Source: a bacterium TMED144
GTDB lineage: Bacteria > Fidelibacterota > Marinisomatia > Marinisomatales > TCS55
Direction: 5' to 3'
Length of the DNA stretch: 37,473 nucleotides
Assembly: GCA_002170005.2 (NCBI GenBank)
Contig: NHGT02000015.1
Location: 48,571-86,043, forward strand
Positions 20,265 to 30,773 of this stretch are shown here, piece after piece; position 1 is the stretch's first letter, and every line of letters starts with the position of its first letter. Below the pieces are notes generated by a model that saw only the letters and a program-made list of their open reading frames with translations, searched no databases and was not told the origin of the DNA. Made by a program: the position numbers and the translations under genes.

Positions 20265-21436
20265 ATTGCTTCTAAAAAATTTGTTTTTCTTATCTTGTTA
20301 GATGCGATTTTCGCGGCAATCAAAATCATAAAGACAATAACAAAATTAATTAAGAATATGTCATTGAAGTTGATTTCCATCGGCAATACTTCAACGAAAT
20401 AAATATCGCTTGGTAGCTTCATAATTTCAAGACTATTTTGCACAAAGACTATAAGTAGTCCAAGACCTAAACCAAATAAAGACGATATTCCTCCTATAAG
20501 TAAACTTTGTTTTAAGATCAAACTTTTTAAAACTTGATCGCTAGCACCTAAAACCTTTAAAATTGCGAATTGCTTTATTTTTTGAACAATTATTAATAAT
20601 AAACAAGAAACTAAGTTAAAACAAGCAACTAAGATGATAAGCAGGAGAGTAATAAATGTTCCAATTTTTTCTAATTTCATGGCCTCAAAGAGCTGGTGAT
20701 GAGTATCTTTCCATGATGTAATATTTAAATATGGAAACTTATCCAATATTTGCTGCTTAGCATCTAAGGAGCTTAAACCGCCAAGCCTTATATCAATTCC
20801 GTCTGGTTTTTTTTTCCTTACAAACAGGGAATTACCAATCTCTTCAGGAACAAAAACAATTTGATTGTCAAAATCTAAAACTTTGGTATGAAATACTTGT
20901 GAAATTCTACATTGCTTTATTTTTGGGATTCCGAAGGAAAGATTTTGATCTAGGGGGCTAATTATTTTTACTAGATCTCCTTTTTTTACACTTAATTTTT
21001 GAGCCGTTACTTGACCAATAATTATTCTAGGAATATTGTCATTTTTTACTTTATCATCGTCATCAATATTGTAAAATTTTTTTAAATACCTGAAATCTAT
21101 CGATTTAAAAGTTAACATTTCTTTCAGCTCATTTTTTGCAATTATTAATCCTTTTCTTTTTTTAAATGGTACGGCATAAGAAATTCCGTTCATATATTTG
21201 ATTATTTCCAATTCTTTTTCAAAATTTCTAAAACCTGAGATTCTTAAATCACCTTCAAAAGATATAATTTTTTTTTTAACTTTGCCTTCAAATCCATTAA
21301 GTATTGAAATAGAAATAATTAACGCAATACAGCCCAATGAAAATCCAAGCATTGATATCCAAATATTTAGCTTTCCTGGGCCAGGCATTTCTTTTGCTCT
21401 TAAAAAGCCAAAAGGAAGTTTAAATTTATTGATCAT
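20261..21436 (-). CDS. lolE: Lipoprotein-releasing system permease, LolC/LolE family (FtsX-like, MacB-type periplasmic domain)
   Basis: 391 aa. The topology is TM1, a large periplasmic domain, then three C-terminal TM helices (the FtsX fold). It is the second of two paralogous permease genes preceding lolD. The choice between C and E is arbitrary. Confidence 0.7.
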   Translation of the reverse strand: MINKFKLPFGFLRAKEMPGPGKLNIWISMLGFSLGCIALIISISILNGFEGKVKKKIISFEGDLRISGFRNFEKELEIIKYMNGISYAVPFKKRKGLIIAKNELKEMLTFKSIDFRYLKKFYNIDDDDKVKNDNIPRIIIGQVTAQKLSVKKGDLVKIISPLDQNLSFGIPKIKQCRISQVFHTKVLDFDNQIVFVPEEIGNSLFVRKKKPDGIDIRLGGLSSLDAKQQILDKFPYLNITSWKDTHHQLFEAMKLEKIGTFITLLLIILVACFNLVSCLLLIIVQKIKQFAILKVLGASDQVLKSLILKQSLLIGGISSLFGLGLGLLIVFVQNSLEIMKLPSDIYFVEVLPMEINFNDIFLINFVIVFMILIAAKIASNKIRKTNFLEAI

Positions 21437-22629
21437 TAATATTTTATTCCTTCTGAGGGATTAATTTTACTTATCTCTTTCAACGGCCACAAAATTGAAA
21501 TTGTTGAAAATAGAATACTTGCAACAGAAATAAAAAAAATATATTTAATATCGATATATATTGGAAGATAATCCATAAAGTAAACACTTTCAGAAATGGA
21601 TAAGAATTTAAATTTATTTTGCAGTGTCCCAAAAATAACAGCTAATAATACTCCCATTAATGTCCCTATTGTGCCTATGATTAATCCGTGATAGATAAAT
21701 ATTTTTTTAATACTATTTTTTCTCATTCCCATAGATAATAACAATCCTATTTGTCCTGCTTTATCGATAATTGTCATCGAGGTGCCTGAGATGATATTCA
21801 CCAAAGAAACAAATGCAATTATACCAAATATTAACAAAATTGGAAGTTTTTGTATTTTAATCCACTTATATAATGAGCTATTCTTATCTTTCCATGTTAT
21901 ATAATTCAAAGGATACAGTAAATTTGAATCTAAGTATTGTGTTATTTCATCAATGTCTTTTGAATTTTTAATTCTCAAATTCAAACCATCAATTGTATTT
22001 GTTTCATTTACAAATCGTAATAATTGATTTATATTTATAAAAACAATTGATTCATCATATTCACTCAAACCAGAATTGAATATTCCTGTCACAAAAAATT
22101 TTTCAATTTTATTTTTTTTAAATTGTATTGAGCTTGTATTCATAATTACAACATTTGAACCAACTGTAACTTCCAGTGCTTTAGCAAGGCTATGACTTAT
22201 AATAATATTTTTATTAATTAAATCACTTTTACCCTTTGTCAAAAAATCATTAAAAGGGAAGCTATTTTTTCTATCTAAGCCAACTATTATAATTCCATCA
22301 TTTATGTTTTTTGAGCGGATGATTGCTGGCTCACTCTTGAATGAATCAATTAAAATTCTATCTTTAAACATTATATCTAGAGAGTCAGCTATAATTTGAC
22401 CATTATTAAATGGCTTATTAAAAAAATGTTTTATTTGAATATGCCCGTCAAAATTTGTTATTTTTTCTGATATAACATTTTCAAATCCATTTAGTATAAA
22501 AAAAGTTATTAATAATGACGATACTCCGAATGAGAGACCAACGATAGATAGCAAACTAGCAGTCTTAGTGAAATTGTTTTTATAATTTGAAAAAATATAT
22601 TGAAATGCTATACGATAAGAAAGATTCAA
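21436..22629 (-). CDS. lolC: Lipoprotein-releasing system permease, LolC/LolE family
   Basis: 397 aa with N-terminus (TTG)NLSYRIAFQYIFS, matching the usual LolC/E IAxRYL start region. It has the same TM/periplasmic layout as the adjacent paralog. The apparent start is TTG at 22629-22627. Confidence 0.7.
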   Translation of the reverse strand: MNLSYRIAFQYIFSNYKNNFTKTASLLSIVGLSFGVSSLLITFFILNGFENVISEKITNFDGHIQIKHFFNKPFNNGQIIADSLDIMFKDRILIDSFKSEPAIIRSKNINDGIIIVGLDRKNSFPFNDFLTKGKSDLINKNIIISHSLAKALEVTVGSNVVIMNTSSIQFKKNKIEKFFVTGIFNSGLSEYDESIVFININQLLRFVNETNTIDGLNLRIKNSKDIDEITQYLDSNLLYPLNYITWKDKNSSLYKWIKIQKLPILLIFGIIAFVSLVNIISGTSMTIIDKAGQIGLLLSMGMRKNSIKKIFIYHGLIIGTIGTLMGVLLAVIFGTLQNKFKFLSISESVYFMDYLPIYIDIKYIFFISVASILFSTISILWPLKEISKINPSEGIKY

Positions 22630-22630
22630 T

Positions 22631-24124
22631 TTATTTTTTTTCTTCTGTTCTCATTGCTGGGAAAAGTATAACATCTTTTATATTTGTACTTCCAGTTAAA
22701 AGCATAACTAACCTGTCAATACCAATACCTACGCCTCCAGTTGGGGGCATACCGTGCTCAACAGCTTGAAGGAAATCCTCATCTATGGGGTGAGCTTCTT
22801 CATCTCCAAACTGTGATAACTTTTCTTGCGATTCAAATCTTGCTCTCTGATCAACAGGGTCATTTAGCTCAGAAAATGCGTTGGCGAATTCTGCCCCTCC
22901 TATAAATAATTCAAATCTTTCAACTAAATCTGGATCGTTATTTCTATGTTTTTTTGCTAACGGTGAGATGGCTTTTGGATAATCAATTACAAAAGTTGGC
23001 TCAATTAAATTAGGTTCAACTAATTCACTCATCATCTCATCAATTAATTGACCATAATTTTTGTTTTCAGTGTTAATATTTTTACTTAAACATATTTTTT
23101 TTAAAGAACTTTCATCTTTTTGGGAAATATCTTCGCCTACAGATTCTGATAAAAGTTGCATAATTGGTCGCTTATTAAATGGTTTTGTAAAATCAATTAA
23201 TGATTTTCCCCATTTTATCTTTTCAATTGCAATTTTTTTAGCGACCTCTTTTATCATTTCTTCAACTATCAACATATTATCTTCATAATCAGCATAAGCC
23301 CAGTAAAATTCTAGCATAGTAAATTCAGGATTATGATTTCTATCCATTCCTTCATTTCTAAAATCTTTAGAGATTTCATAAACTCTTTCAAATCCTCCAA
23401 TAATTAATCTTTTTAGGTATAATTCATCTGCAATTCTAAGAAATAGCTTTTGATTCAAAGCATTATGATGAGTAATAAATGGTCTGGCATTTGCACCTCC
23501 ATACAAAGGTTGAAGAACAGGAGTTTCGACCTCTAAAAAATTTCTACTATCTAAAAAATCTCTTATAGTTTTAATAATTAAAGATCTTTTTACGAAAATT
23601 TCTTTTACCTCTGGATTTATAATCAAATCTAAATATCGTTTTCTATATCTCTGTTCTTTATTATTAAAGGCATCATATATTTGACCATCTTTTTCTTTAA
23701 CGACTGGTAACGGCCTTATTGATTTACTTAAAATTGTAAAGTCATTGGCTCTTACTGTTACTTCACCAACTTTAGTTTTAAAAACCAATCCATCGATTCC
23801 TATAAAATCGCCAATATCTAGTAATTTGAATAAATCATACTTTTTTTCACCAACATTGTCCTTTTTTAAAAAAACTTGCATTCTTCCTTCATGGTCTTGA
23901 ATGGTAAAAAAAGAAGCACTGCCCATTGTTCTCATTGACATTATTCTACCAGCTATTGTAACAGCTTTATTTTCAAAATTTATAAAATCACAAACTATTT
24001 CTTTATTATTTTGTTTTGGTTCAAATTTTTGAGGATAAGGGTCTACTCCATAATCATAGACTTTATTTAATTTGTCTAATCTAAATTTAATTATTTGATT
24101 TAAACTTTTATTCGATTCTGTCAT
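22631..24124 (-). CDS. lysS: Lysine--tRNA ligase (class II)
   Basis: 497 aa. It has an N-terminal OB anticodon-binding domain and the class II core (FRNEGMDRNHNPEFTMLEFY, GGVGIGIDRLVMLL). Its start overlaps the prfB stop (ATGA), giving the classical prfB-lysS pair. Confidence 0.95.
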   Translation of the reverse strand: MTESNKSLNQIIKFRLDKLNKVYDYGVDPYPQKFEPKQNNKEIVCDFINFENKAVTIAGRIMSMRTMGSASFFTIQDHEGRMQVFLKKDNVGEKKYDLFKLLDIGDFIGIDGLVFKTKVGEVTVRANDFTILSKSIRPLPVVKEKDGQIYDAFNNKEQRYRKRYLDLIINPEVKEIFVKRSLIIKTIRDFLDSRNFLEVETPVLQPLYGGANARPFITHHNALNQKLFLRIADELYLKRLIIGGFERVYEISKDFRNEGMDRNHNPEFTMLEFYWAYADYEDNMLIVEEMIKEVAKKIAIEKIKWGKSLIDFTKPFNKRPIMQLLSESVGEDISQKDESSLKKICLSKNINTENKNYGQLIDEMMSELVEPNLIEPTFVIDYPKAISPLAKKHRNNDPDLVERFELFIGGAEFANAFSELNDPVDQRARFESQEKLSQFGDEEAHPIDEDFLQAVEHGMPPTGGVGIGIDRLVMLLTGSTNIKDVILFPAMRTEEKK

Positions 24125-25231
24125 TTAATATCCTGATTTTTTAAGTTATTTATTAAAAATGAATTAATGAAATTATCTATTTCCCCATTCATAACTTTAG
24201 ATATATTTGAAGTTTCTTCTTTTGTTCTGTGATCTTTTACCATATTATAAGGATGAAAAACATATGATCTTATTTGGCTACCCCAAGCAATATCTTTTTT
24301 TTCATCCTCTAAGTTTTTCATCTGCTCTTTTTCCTTCTCAAGTTCAATTTGATATAATTTTGCTTTCAAAACTTTAAGGGCGGTTGCTTTGTTTTTATGC
24401 TGGCTTCTTTCATTCTGACATTGAACAACAACGTTTGTAGGTAAATGAGTAATTCTGATTGCTGAATCAGTTTTATTAACATGTTGACCGCCTGCTCCAC
24501 TCGCCCTGTATGTGTCTATCCTTAAGTCATTTGGGTCTATTTCAATTTCAATATCCTCATCTGAAGCAGGATAGACAAACACAGATGCAAAAGAAGTATG
24601 TCTTTTATTATTAGAATCAAATGGAGAAATTCTAACCAATCTATGAACACCTGCTTCAGCTTTTAAAAAACCGTATGCAAATTCACCTTCTATTTCAATT
24701 GTAATATCTTTAATGCCAGCTTCGTCTCCAGGTTGGAAATCAAGAATTGATTTTTTAAAATTTTTTTTCTCAATCCATCTATCATACATCCTGTATAGCA
24801 TTTCAGCCCAATCTTGACTTTCTGTTCCTCCGGCTCCTGGATGAATTGTCATTATAGCACTTTGCTTATCGTGGTTATTGCTTAATGTTAGCTTTACCTC
24901 AATTTCATTGATTTTATTGCGATATTTTATTAATTCACTTTCAGCTTCAGTTAATGAAATCTCTTGGGAATCTGCAAATTCTATGATTATTTTGGTATCG
25001 TCTTTAATATTTTCTAATTCATCCCAAGCTTTTATTTCTTTATCAAGAGTAGAGTTTTCTTTTAAAAGCTTTGATGCTTTATTACTATCTGTCCAAAAGT
25101 CAGGCTTCAAAGATGTTTTTTGGAGATTAGCTAATAGTTGTTTTTTAGAATTAAGGTCAAAGATGCCTCCTAATTTTATTATGTTTAGCAGACAAAATTT
25201 TAAATTCTTCTTTAAGCTGATATAATTCCAT
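24121..25231 (-). CDS. prfB: Peptide chain release factor 2, expressed via a programmed +1 ribosomal frameshift (segments 25231..25160 and 25158..24121)
   Basis: The frame-0 leader from the ATG at 25231 reads MELYQLKEEFKILSAKHNKIRRHL and then hits TGA (25159-25157). The +1 frame continues DLNSKKQLLANLQKTSLKPDFWTD.... That frame carries the RF2 tripeptide SPF (RISPFDS) and GGQ (GAGGQHVNK). The ORF track shows only the downstream 329-aa piece. Confidence 0.92.
25156..25171 (-). other. RF2 autoregulatory +1 frameshift cassette: internal SD-like AGGAGG, a 3-nt spacer, then CTT TGA C
   Basis: The minus strand reads AGGAGG CAT CTT TGA C. The architecture matches the E. coli prfB site (SD-like element, 3-nt spacer, slippery CUU, in-frame UGA followed by C). 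Confidence 0.9.
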
Positions 25232-25242
25232 AAGACAATTTA

Positions 25243-26019
25243 CTAATCACCCGATGAAATAAACATACTATCGTTAAGATACTTTCTCAAACTAATTTCA
25301 TCTAATCCTATTTCAGCAAATCTACCATCTTCAGCAACAGAAATTTGAGATTTTTCCTCTGAAATCAAAATAACTATTGCGTCGGTCTCTTCAGTGATTC
25401 CTAGTGCAGCTCTGTGCCTGGTCCCCATTTCAGGATCAATCATTTTACTTTCTGTTAAAGGTAAGATACAACCTGCTGAATCTATTAAGTCATTTTGTAT
25501 TATTATTGCACCATCATGTAAGGGTGATGAAGGATTAAAAATTGAAATTATTAAGGGGGATGTAACAAGAGCTTTCAGTTCTGTTCCTTGGTCCTTGTAT
25601 GACCTTAAGCCCGTTTCTCGCTGAATAACTATTAACCCGCCCCATTTTTTTTTTGCTAAAACTAAGCTTGATTCAACAATTGATAAAATTGTGTTTGATG
25701 TTCCAACCTTGAATATTTTGCTAAAAAAACGAGTTTGACCTACATATATTAACAACCTTCTTAATTCAGGCTGGAATAAAATAACAAAAGCTACAACCCA
25801 TACAGTTTGAAATTGGTTGATCAACCAAGAAGATGTGTTTAATCCAAAGGCATTAAATAAGAAAGACCCAAACATTAAAAAGATCATTCCTGCTAACATA
25901 AGGCCAGCATTTGTTCCTTTAAAATAAATATAGATCTTATAAAAAAACCATGTAACAATAGCTATATCAATTAAATCAAAAAGAGTTATCGTCAAAAATC
26001 CAATTTGAAATAATACCAT
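25243..26019 (-). CDS. cdaA: Diadenylate cyclase CdaA (membrane-anchored c-di-AMP synthase)
   Basis: 258 aa with three N-terminal TM helices followed by a DAC domain carrying the DGAIII and GTRHRAALG motifs. Confidence 0.9.
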   Translation of the reverse strand: MVLFQIGFLTITLFDLIDIAIVTWFFYKIYIYFKGTNAGLMLAGMIFLMFGSFLFNAFGLNTSSWLINQFQTVWVVAFVILFQPELRRLLIYVGQTRFFSKIFKVGTSNTILSIVESSLVLAKKKWGGLIVIQRETGLRSYKDQGTELKALVTSPLIISIFNPSSPLHDGAIIIQNDLIDSAGCILPLTESKMIDPEMGTRHRAALGITEETDAIVILISEEKSQISVAEDGRFAEIGLDEISLRKYLNDSMFISSGD

Positions 26020-26023
26020 AATC

Positions 26024-26869
26024 TTATGCCTTTAATATTTTTTCAAAAATGGTTAAGGCCCTTCTCATCTCTAATACATCATGAACTCTAATAATTTTTA
26101 CACCTTGTGTTATAGCGAAAAGATTTGATGAAATTGTTCCCTCAAGCCTTTTTTCAGGAGGGCAATTTAATATATCACCTATAAAAGATTTTCTAGATGT
26201 ACCAATCAAAGTATGGCATCCCAATTTACATATAATATCAATATTTTTTAATATTTTTAAATTATGCTGCAATGTCTTACCAAATCCAATGCCAGGATCT
26301 AAAATTATTTTATCAAGAGGAAAAGCCTTTTTATCAAGCTTTCTAATTTGTTTACTAAAAAATCTACTAATTTCATCAATTACATTGTTGTAATATGGGT
26401 TTTTTTGCATTTGTTTTGGATTTCCCTGCATATGCATTAAGACTACAGGAGTATTATTTTTTACTACAAGTTCAATCATATCAGGATCATGAGATAAGCC
26501 TGTAATATCATTAATTATATTTGCACCATACTTGATGGCTTCAGATGCAACATCTGCCTTGTAAGTGTCTACAGAAATTAGACATTCAACTTCATTTTTA
26601 ATTTTTTCAATAACTGGAATAATTCTGTCTATTTCTTCTTGAGAAGAAATAGGGGTTGAACCAGGCCTGCTTGATTCACCACCGATGTCAATTATATCAC
26701 AACCGTCATTTAATAATTTTATTGCTTTATTAAATGCTTTTTTTGGATTTAAATAAAGACCACCATCGCTAAAGGAATCCGGGGTAATATTTAGTATTCC
26801 TAAAATCAGTACTCGATCTGGATTTATTAACCATTTCTCAAAATGATAATCTTGGAACACAGAATGCAA
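26024..26869 (-). CDS. folP: Dihydropteroate synthase
   Basis: 281 aa with LGILNITPDSFSDGG, DIGGESSRPG and the pterin-binding TIM barrel layout. The apparent start is TTG at 26869-26867; there is no in-frame ATG before the conserved core. Confidence 0.9.
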   Translation of the reverse strand: MHSVFQDYHFEKWLINPDRVLILGILNITPDSFSDGGLYLNPKKAFNKAIKLLNDGCDIIDIGGESSRPGSTPISSQEEIDRIIPVIEKIKNEVECLISVDTYKADVASEAIKYGANIINDITGLSHDPDMIELVVKNNTPVVLMHMQGNPKQMQKNPYYNNVIDEISRFFSKQIRKLDKKAFPLDKIILDPGIGFGKTLQHNLKILKNIDIICKLGCHTLIGTSRKSFIGDILNCPPEKRLEGTISSNLFAITQGVKIIRVHDVLEMRRALTIFEKILKA

Positions 26870-26874
26870 ATATT

Positions 26875-28890
26875 TTATTTTCTCGAAGCAGTCTTTCCTG
26901 AGGATCTTTTTTTCTTAATAATATTTTTTGAAGCATTTTTAAAAATGCCATTAGAAGACCTAACAATGGCATTACCATTCATGATATTTAAAAGATCGTC
27001 GCCATTAATTGTTTCGTACTTTAGAAGAGCTTCAGCAATTTGATGCAAATATTTTACTTTTGACTTAAGTATAGTTTTTGCTTTTCTTTGGGCTTTTCTA
27101 ACAATTTTAACAACTTCATCATCTATTAATTTTGCCGTTTCTTCAGAATAGTCTTTTTGGTTTTGTATCTCTCTACCGAGGAAAACTTCTTCATTTTTTT
27201 TACCAAAAGACATTGGTCCCAAGGTATCGCTCATACCCCATTCGCAAACCATTTTTCTGGCTAGTGATGTAGCTTGTTCAATGTCATTGCCTGCACCCGT
27301 AGTCATTTCTTTAAAAATTAGCTCTTCAGCGGCTCTACCTCCCATGAGTATTGCTAATCTTCCTTCAATATATTTTCTAGCATAGCCATATTTTTCATCA
27401 ATTGGTAATTGCATAGTAACGCCTAAAGCTCTTCCTCGAGGAATTATCGTAACTTTATGGACTGGATCAGCGCCTTTGGTTTCAACAGCGACTAAAGTAT
27501 GACCAGCTTCATGATAAGCCGTAGTTTTTTTGTCTTCTTTCGTTAAAACTGCACTTTTTCTTTGCACGCCCATCATAACCTTGTCCTTTGCATCTTCAAA
27601 GTCCATCATATCAACAGATTTTTTATTTTTTCTTGCTGCTAATAAAGCTGCTTCATTTACTATATTTTCTAAATCTGCACCCACCATTCCTGGCGTACCT
27701 TTGGCAATGTCTTCAAGGTTAATGTCTTTCTTATTGAGAACTATTTTTTTCGTATGTACTTCAAGTATACCCAATCTACCTTTTAAATCAGGAATGTCAA
27801 CTACAATTTGTCTATCAAACCTGCCTGGTCTTAGCAATGCTGCATCTAAAACATCAGGGCGATTAGTTGCAGCCATAACTATAATATTTTCGTTTGCTTC
27901 AAAACCATCCATTTCAACTAAGAGTGCATTCAATGTTTGCTCTCTTTCATCGTGACCACCTCCAAGTCCAGCGCCTCTTTGTCTTCCAACGGCATCTAGC
28001 TCATCAATAAAAATAATACAAGGCTGATTTTGCTTCCCTTGTTCAAAAAGATCTCTAACCCTTGAAGCTCCAACTCCAACAAACATTTCAACAAAATCAG
28101 CACCACTAAGATTAAAAAAAGGTACATCTGCTTCACCTGCTACAGCTCTTGCAAGCAAAGTTTTTCCGGTTCCGGGAGGGCCAACTAGAAGAGCTCCTCT
28201 AGGTATTTTTGCGCCTAACTTTTGAAATCTTTTCGGTTTTTTAAGAAATTCAACTACTTCATAAAGCTCTTCTTTGGCTTCGACGCAACCTGCTACATCC
28301 TCAAATGTAACTTTTTGCATATCTGAGGTCCAGATTTTGGCCTTACTTTTACCAAAGTTGAATATTGATTTCATTCCATTACCGCCTTGCATTCTGCGCA
28401 TAATGAAGATCCAGAAAGCTAAAATTGCTATCCAGGGCAAAAAGTTCAAAAAATAACCTGTCCAGTCTGGACTTTTCTGTTTAAAAGAATATTCTAGCCC
28501 ATAATTATCCCAAGTACTCATCACTTCTCTATCTATAAATGGGAGCTTTAACCTAAAATACTGGATTTCTTTGGACAATCCATTTGATAAAATAATTGAC
28601 TGAGGAGTATTTAATTCACCAAAAAATACTTCATCAATTATTTTAGCCTTTATAATACTTCTTGAGGAAAGAAAATTTTTATAGTCAGAATATTCTATTT
28701 CTACCTCGCCATTTGGTTGAGAAGAAAAAAACCTAGATAAAGATATTGCCGTAATTATTATTAATATCCAAGCAAAACTGGTTTTTCCAGCTTTTTTCCA
28801 TTGGAATTCAGGGTTGTCTTCGTTTTTGTTGTTTTTAGCATCATTTCGTGTATTGTTGGATTTATTTTTATTTTGATTTTTATTTGCCAT
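26875..28890 (-). CDS. ftsH: ATP-dependent zinc metalloprotease FtsH
   Basis: 671 aa. It has two TM helices, an AAA module ([17 protein letters not shown], second region of homology) and the zinc motif HEAGH. The N-terminal tail is Asn/Lys-rich and low in complexity. Confidence 0.97.
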   Translation of the reverse strand: MANKNQNKNKSNNTRNDAKNNKNEDNPEFQWKKAGKTSFAWILIIITAISLSRFFSSQPNGEVEIEYSDYKNFLSSRSIIKAKIIDEVFFGELNTPQSIILSNGLSKEIQYFRLKLPFIDREVMSTWDNYGLEYSFKQKSPDWTGYFLNFLPWIAILAFWIFIMRRMQGGNGMKSIFNFGKSKAKIWTSDMQKVTFEDVAGCVEAKEELYEVVEFLKKPKRFQKLGAKIPRGALLVGPPGTGKTLLARAVAGEADVPFFNLSGADFVEMFVGVGASRVRDLFEQGKQNQPCIIFIDELDAVGRQRGAGLGGGHDEREQTLNALLVEMDGFEANENIIVMAATNRPDVLDAALLRPGRFDRQIVVDIPDLKGRLGILEVHTKKIVLNKKDINLEDIAKGTPGMVGADLENIVNEAALLAARKNKKSVDMMDFEDAKDKVMMGVQRKSAVLTKEDKKTTAYHEAGHTLVAVETKGADPVHKVTIIPRGRALGVTMQLPIDEKYGYARKYIEGRLAILMGGRAAEELIFKEMTTGAGNDIEQATSLARKMVCEWGMSDTLGPMSFGKKNEEVFLGREIQNQKDYSEETAKLIDDEVVKIVRKAQRKAKTILKSKVKYLHQIAEALLKYETINGDDLLNIMNGNAIVRSSNGIFKNASKNIIKKKRSSGKTASRK

Positions 28891-28897
28891 ATTAAGT

Positions 28898-29422
28898 TTA
28901 TATCCTCTGATAAATACCCTTCAAATTTCTAAATTTTTGATCATAATCAAGACCATAACCTACTACAAATTCATCGGGAATTTCAAATCCTACCCAATCA
29001 ATTTCAAAATTAACTTTAGCTTTTTTTGGTTTTAACAATAAAGCTACTATGGCTACAGAATTGGCTTTGTTAATCATTTTGTTTCTAATTTCACTAACTG
29101 TGCTACCAGTATCAATAATGTCTTCGACAATTATAATATCTTTCCCTTTTATCTTGTCAAAATTAAAGAAATCAAATTTAATTATGCCGGACTTTTGTTT
29201 ACCTATGTAGCTTCGTGCTTTTATGAAACTTATTTCAATATCAATATTTAAAGCTCTAACTAAATCAGCGAAAAAAATGAAGCTACCATTCAAGACACCT
29301 ATAACTAGGGGAGATTTTGAACGATACCTACTATTCATATCATATGCAATCTCGTCTACTCTTCTGTTGATTGCATTTACTGAAATAATTTTAGTTAAAT
29401 TTTTCTTTAAAAATTGACTCAT
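28898..29422 (-). CDS. hpt: Hypoxanthine(-guanine) phosphoribosyltransferase
   Basis: 174 aa. The PRPP-binding loop is [13 protein letters not shown], and [15 protein letters not shown] is also present. It sits in the conserved tilS-hpt-ftsH arrangement. Confidence 0.9.
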   Translation of the reverse strand: MSQFLKKNLTKIISVNAINRRVDEIAYDMNSRYRSKSPLVIGVLNGSFIFFADLVRALNIDIEISFIKARSYIGKQKSGIIKFDFFNFDKIKGKDIIIVEDIIDTGSTVSEIRNKMINKANSVAIVALLLKPKKAKVNFEIDWVGFEIPDEFVVGYGLDYDQKFRNLKGIYQRI

Positions 29423-30773
29423 TTTTAAATCTTGCTTTGAAAGAAAGTTCCAAAAAACTTTCAGTTTTGTATGTTATTTTTACATTATCACTCAATCGAT
29501 GATTACAAACCCATATAATTTCATCATCTGCAGTTAAGACCAACTGCTTTTCTTTTTCAAAACAATTAATTTTTTGATCAATTAAAAAATCGCTTATTTT
29601 TTTTAAATTTTTCATACCTAAAGGCCTAAAAGAGTCTCCACTTTTCCATAATCTGAGATTTAATTTTTTGTTCTGAATATATTTTTCATCTATATATTCA
29701 TTGTTTTGAGAAAAATTGATTTGTTTTCTACTGACTTTGTTTATTTTTACAAAGTTGTGCTTATTAAAATACAATTTCCCTTTTTTATTTAATAATTCTT
29801 TCTTAATCAGGGTATTTTTTTTAATTAAGATTTCGTTTCTATTTTTTAATAATAAATAATTATTGAACAATTTATATCTTGAACCACTTTTGGATTTTAT
29901 TATCCAGATTTTCAAAGAATTGATAAAATTTTGCCTCCATGGATTATAAAAATCATTAACAAGATATTTTATAATAAGGATTTTTTGGTTCGTTGAATAA
30001 TTGTTTAAAAAATTAGATTTTAATTTTAGAATGTCATTTTCAAAATTTATATCTTTACATATCAAATATAAAACTGAAGTTAATCTTTTTTCAATCTTTG
30101 CTGCTTTTTTTGATATCGAAATAAAATTATCAACTAGCTTAGGTGCTTGATTTTCCCAGGGTGCTACCAATTTATGTCTATAAAAATTTCTTTTAATTGA
30201 AACATCTGTATTTGTTTCATCAACTATAAAATCGACATTTTCATTTTTTTGAAAATCTTCAAGTGATTTTTTTTTAAAATTAAGCAAAGGGCGGTAATAA
30301 AAACCATTTCTCTTTGGTATTCCCCTTATACCGGCTAAACCTGCACCATCATTTAACCGCATTAAAATTGTTTCTAAATTATCATTTGCATGATGAGCTG
30401 TCAAAAATATATCACATGATAATTTTTTTATATATTTTTCAAACGCTAAGTATCTTATTTTTCTTGCATGCATTTCAATACTTTGATTCCTTGGCTTTAC
30501 AGCTTGTGACCTGAATATGTATATTGGAATATTATAGATTTTTGATTTTTTTTTTGCAAATTCTTCTTCTGCAATCGCGCTATTTCTTAAATTGTGATTA
30601 ACATATAATCCAAAAACGCGAAACTTTCTAGGAAGCATAGAGCAAAGATGAAGTAAAACTGAAGAGTCCTGTCCACCTGATACACCTATCAAAATTCTAA
30701 GGTTCTTTAATGAAAGCGATTCTATATCATCTAAAAAATTTTGATAAATATTTTTTTTTTCTTCATCGATCAT
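29391..30773 (-). CDS. tilS: tRNA(Ile)-lysidine synthase
   Basis: 460 aa with the N-terminal PP-loop GVSGGQDSSVLLH and a TilS substrate-binding C-terminal region. Its 3' end overlaps hpt by 32 nt. Confidence 0.85.
   Translation of the reverse strand: MIDEEKKNIYQNFLDDIESLSLKNLRILIGVSGGQDSSVLLHLCSMLPRKFRVFGLYVNHNLRNSAIAEEEFAKKKSKIYNIPIYIFRSQAVKPRNQSIEMHARKIRYLAFEKYIKKLSCDIFLTAHHANDNLETILMRLNDGAGLAGIRGIPKRNGFYYRPLLNFKKKSLEDFQKNENVDFIVDETNTDVSIKRNFYRHKLVAPWENQAPKLVDNFISISKKAAKIEKRLTSVLYLICKDINFENDILKLKSNFLNNYSTNQKILIIKYLVNDFYNPWRQNFINSLKIWIIKSKSGSRYKLFNNYLLLKNRNEILIKKNTLIKKELLNKKGKLYFNKHNFVKINKVSRKQINFSQNNEYIDEKYIQNKKLNLRLWKSGDSFRPLGMKNLKKISDFLIDQKINCFEKEKQLVLTADDEIIWVCNHRLSDNVKITYKTESFLELSFKARFKNESIFKEKFN

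Noticed and set aside
26875-28890. The Asn/Lys-rich low-complexity N-terminal tail of FtsH, and similarly the Lys/Glu-rich C-terminal tail of DnaK, could be functional extensions.
   Set aside because: Low-complexity tails rich in AAT/AAA-encoded residues are a common by-product of strong AT bias. There is no motif or structure to support a specific role.
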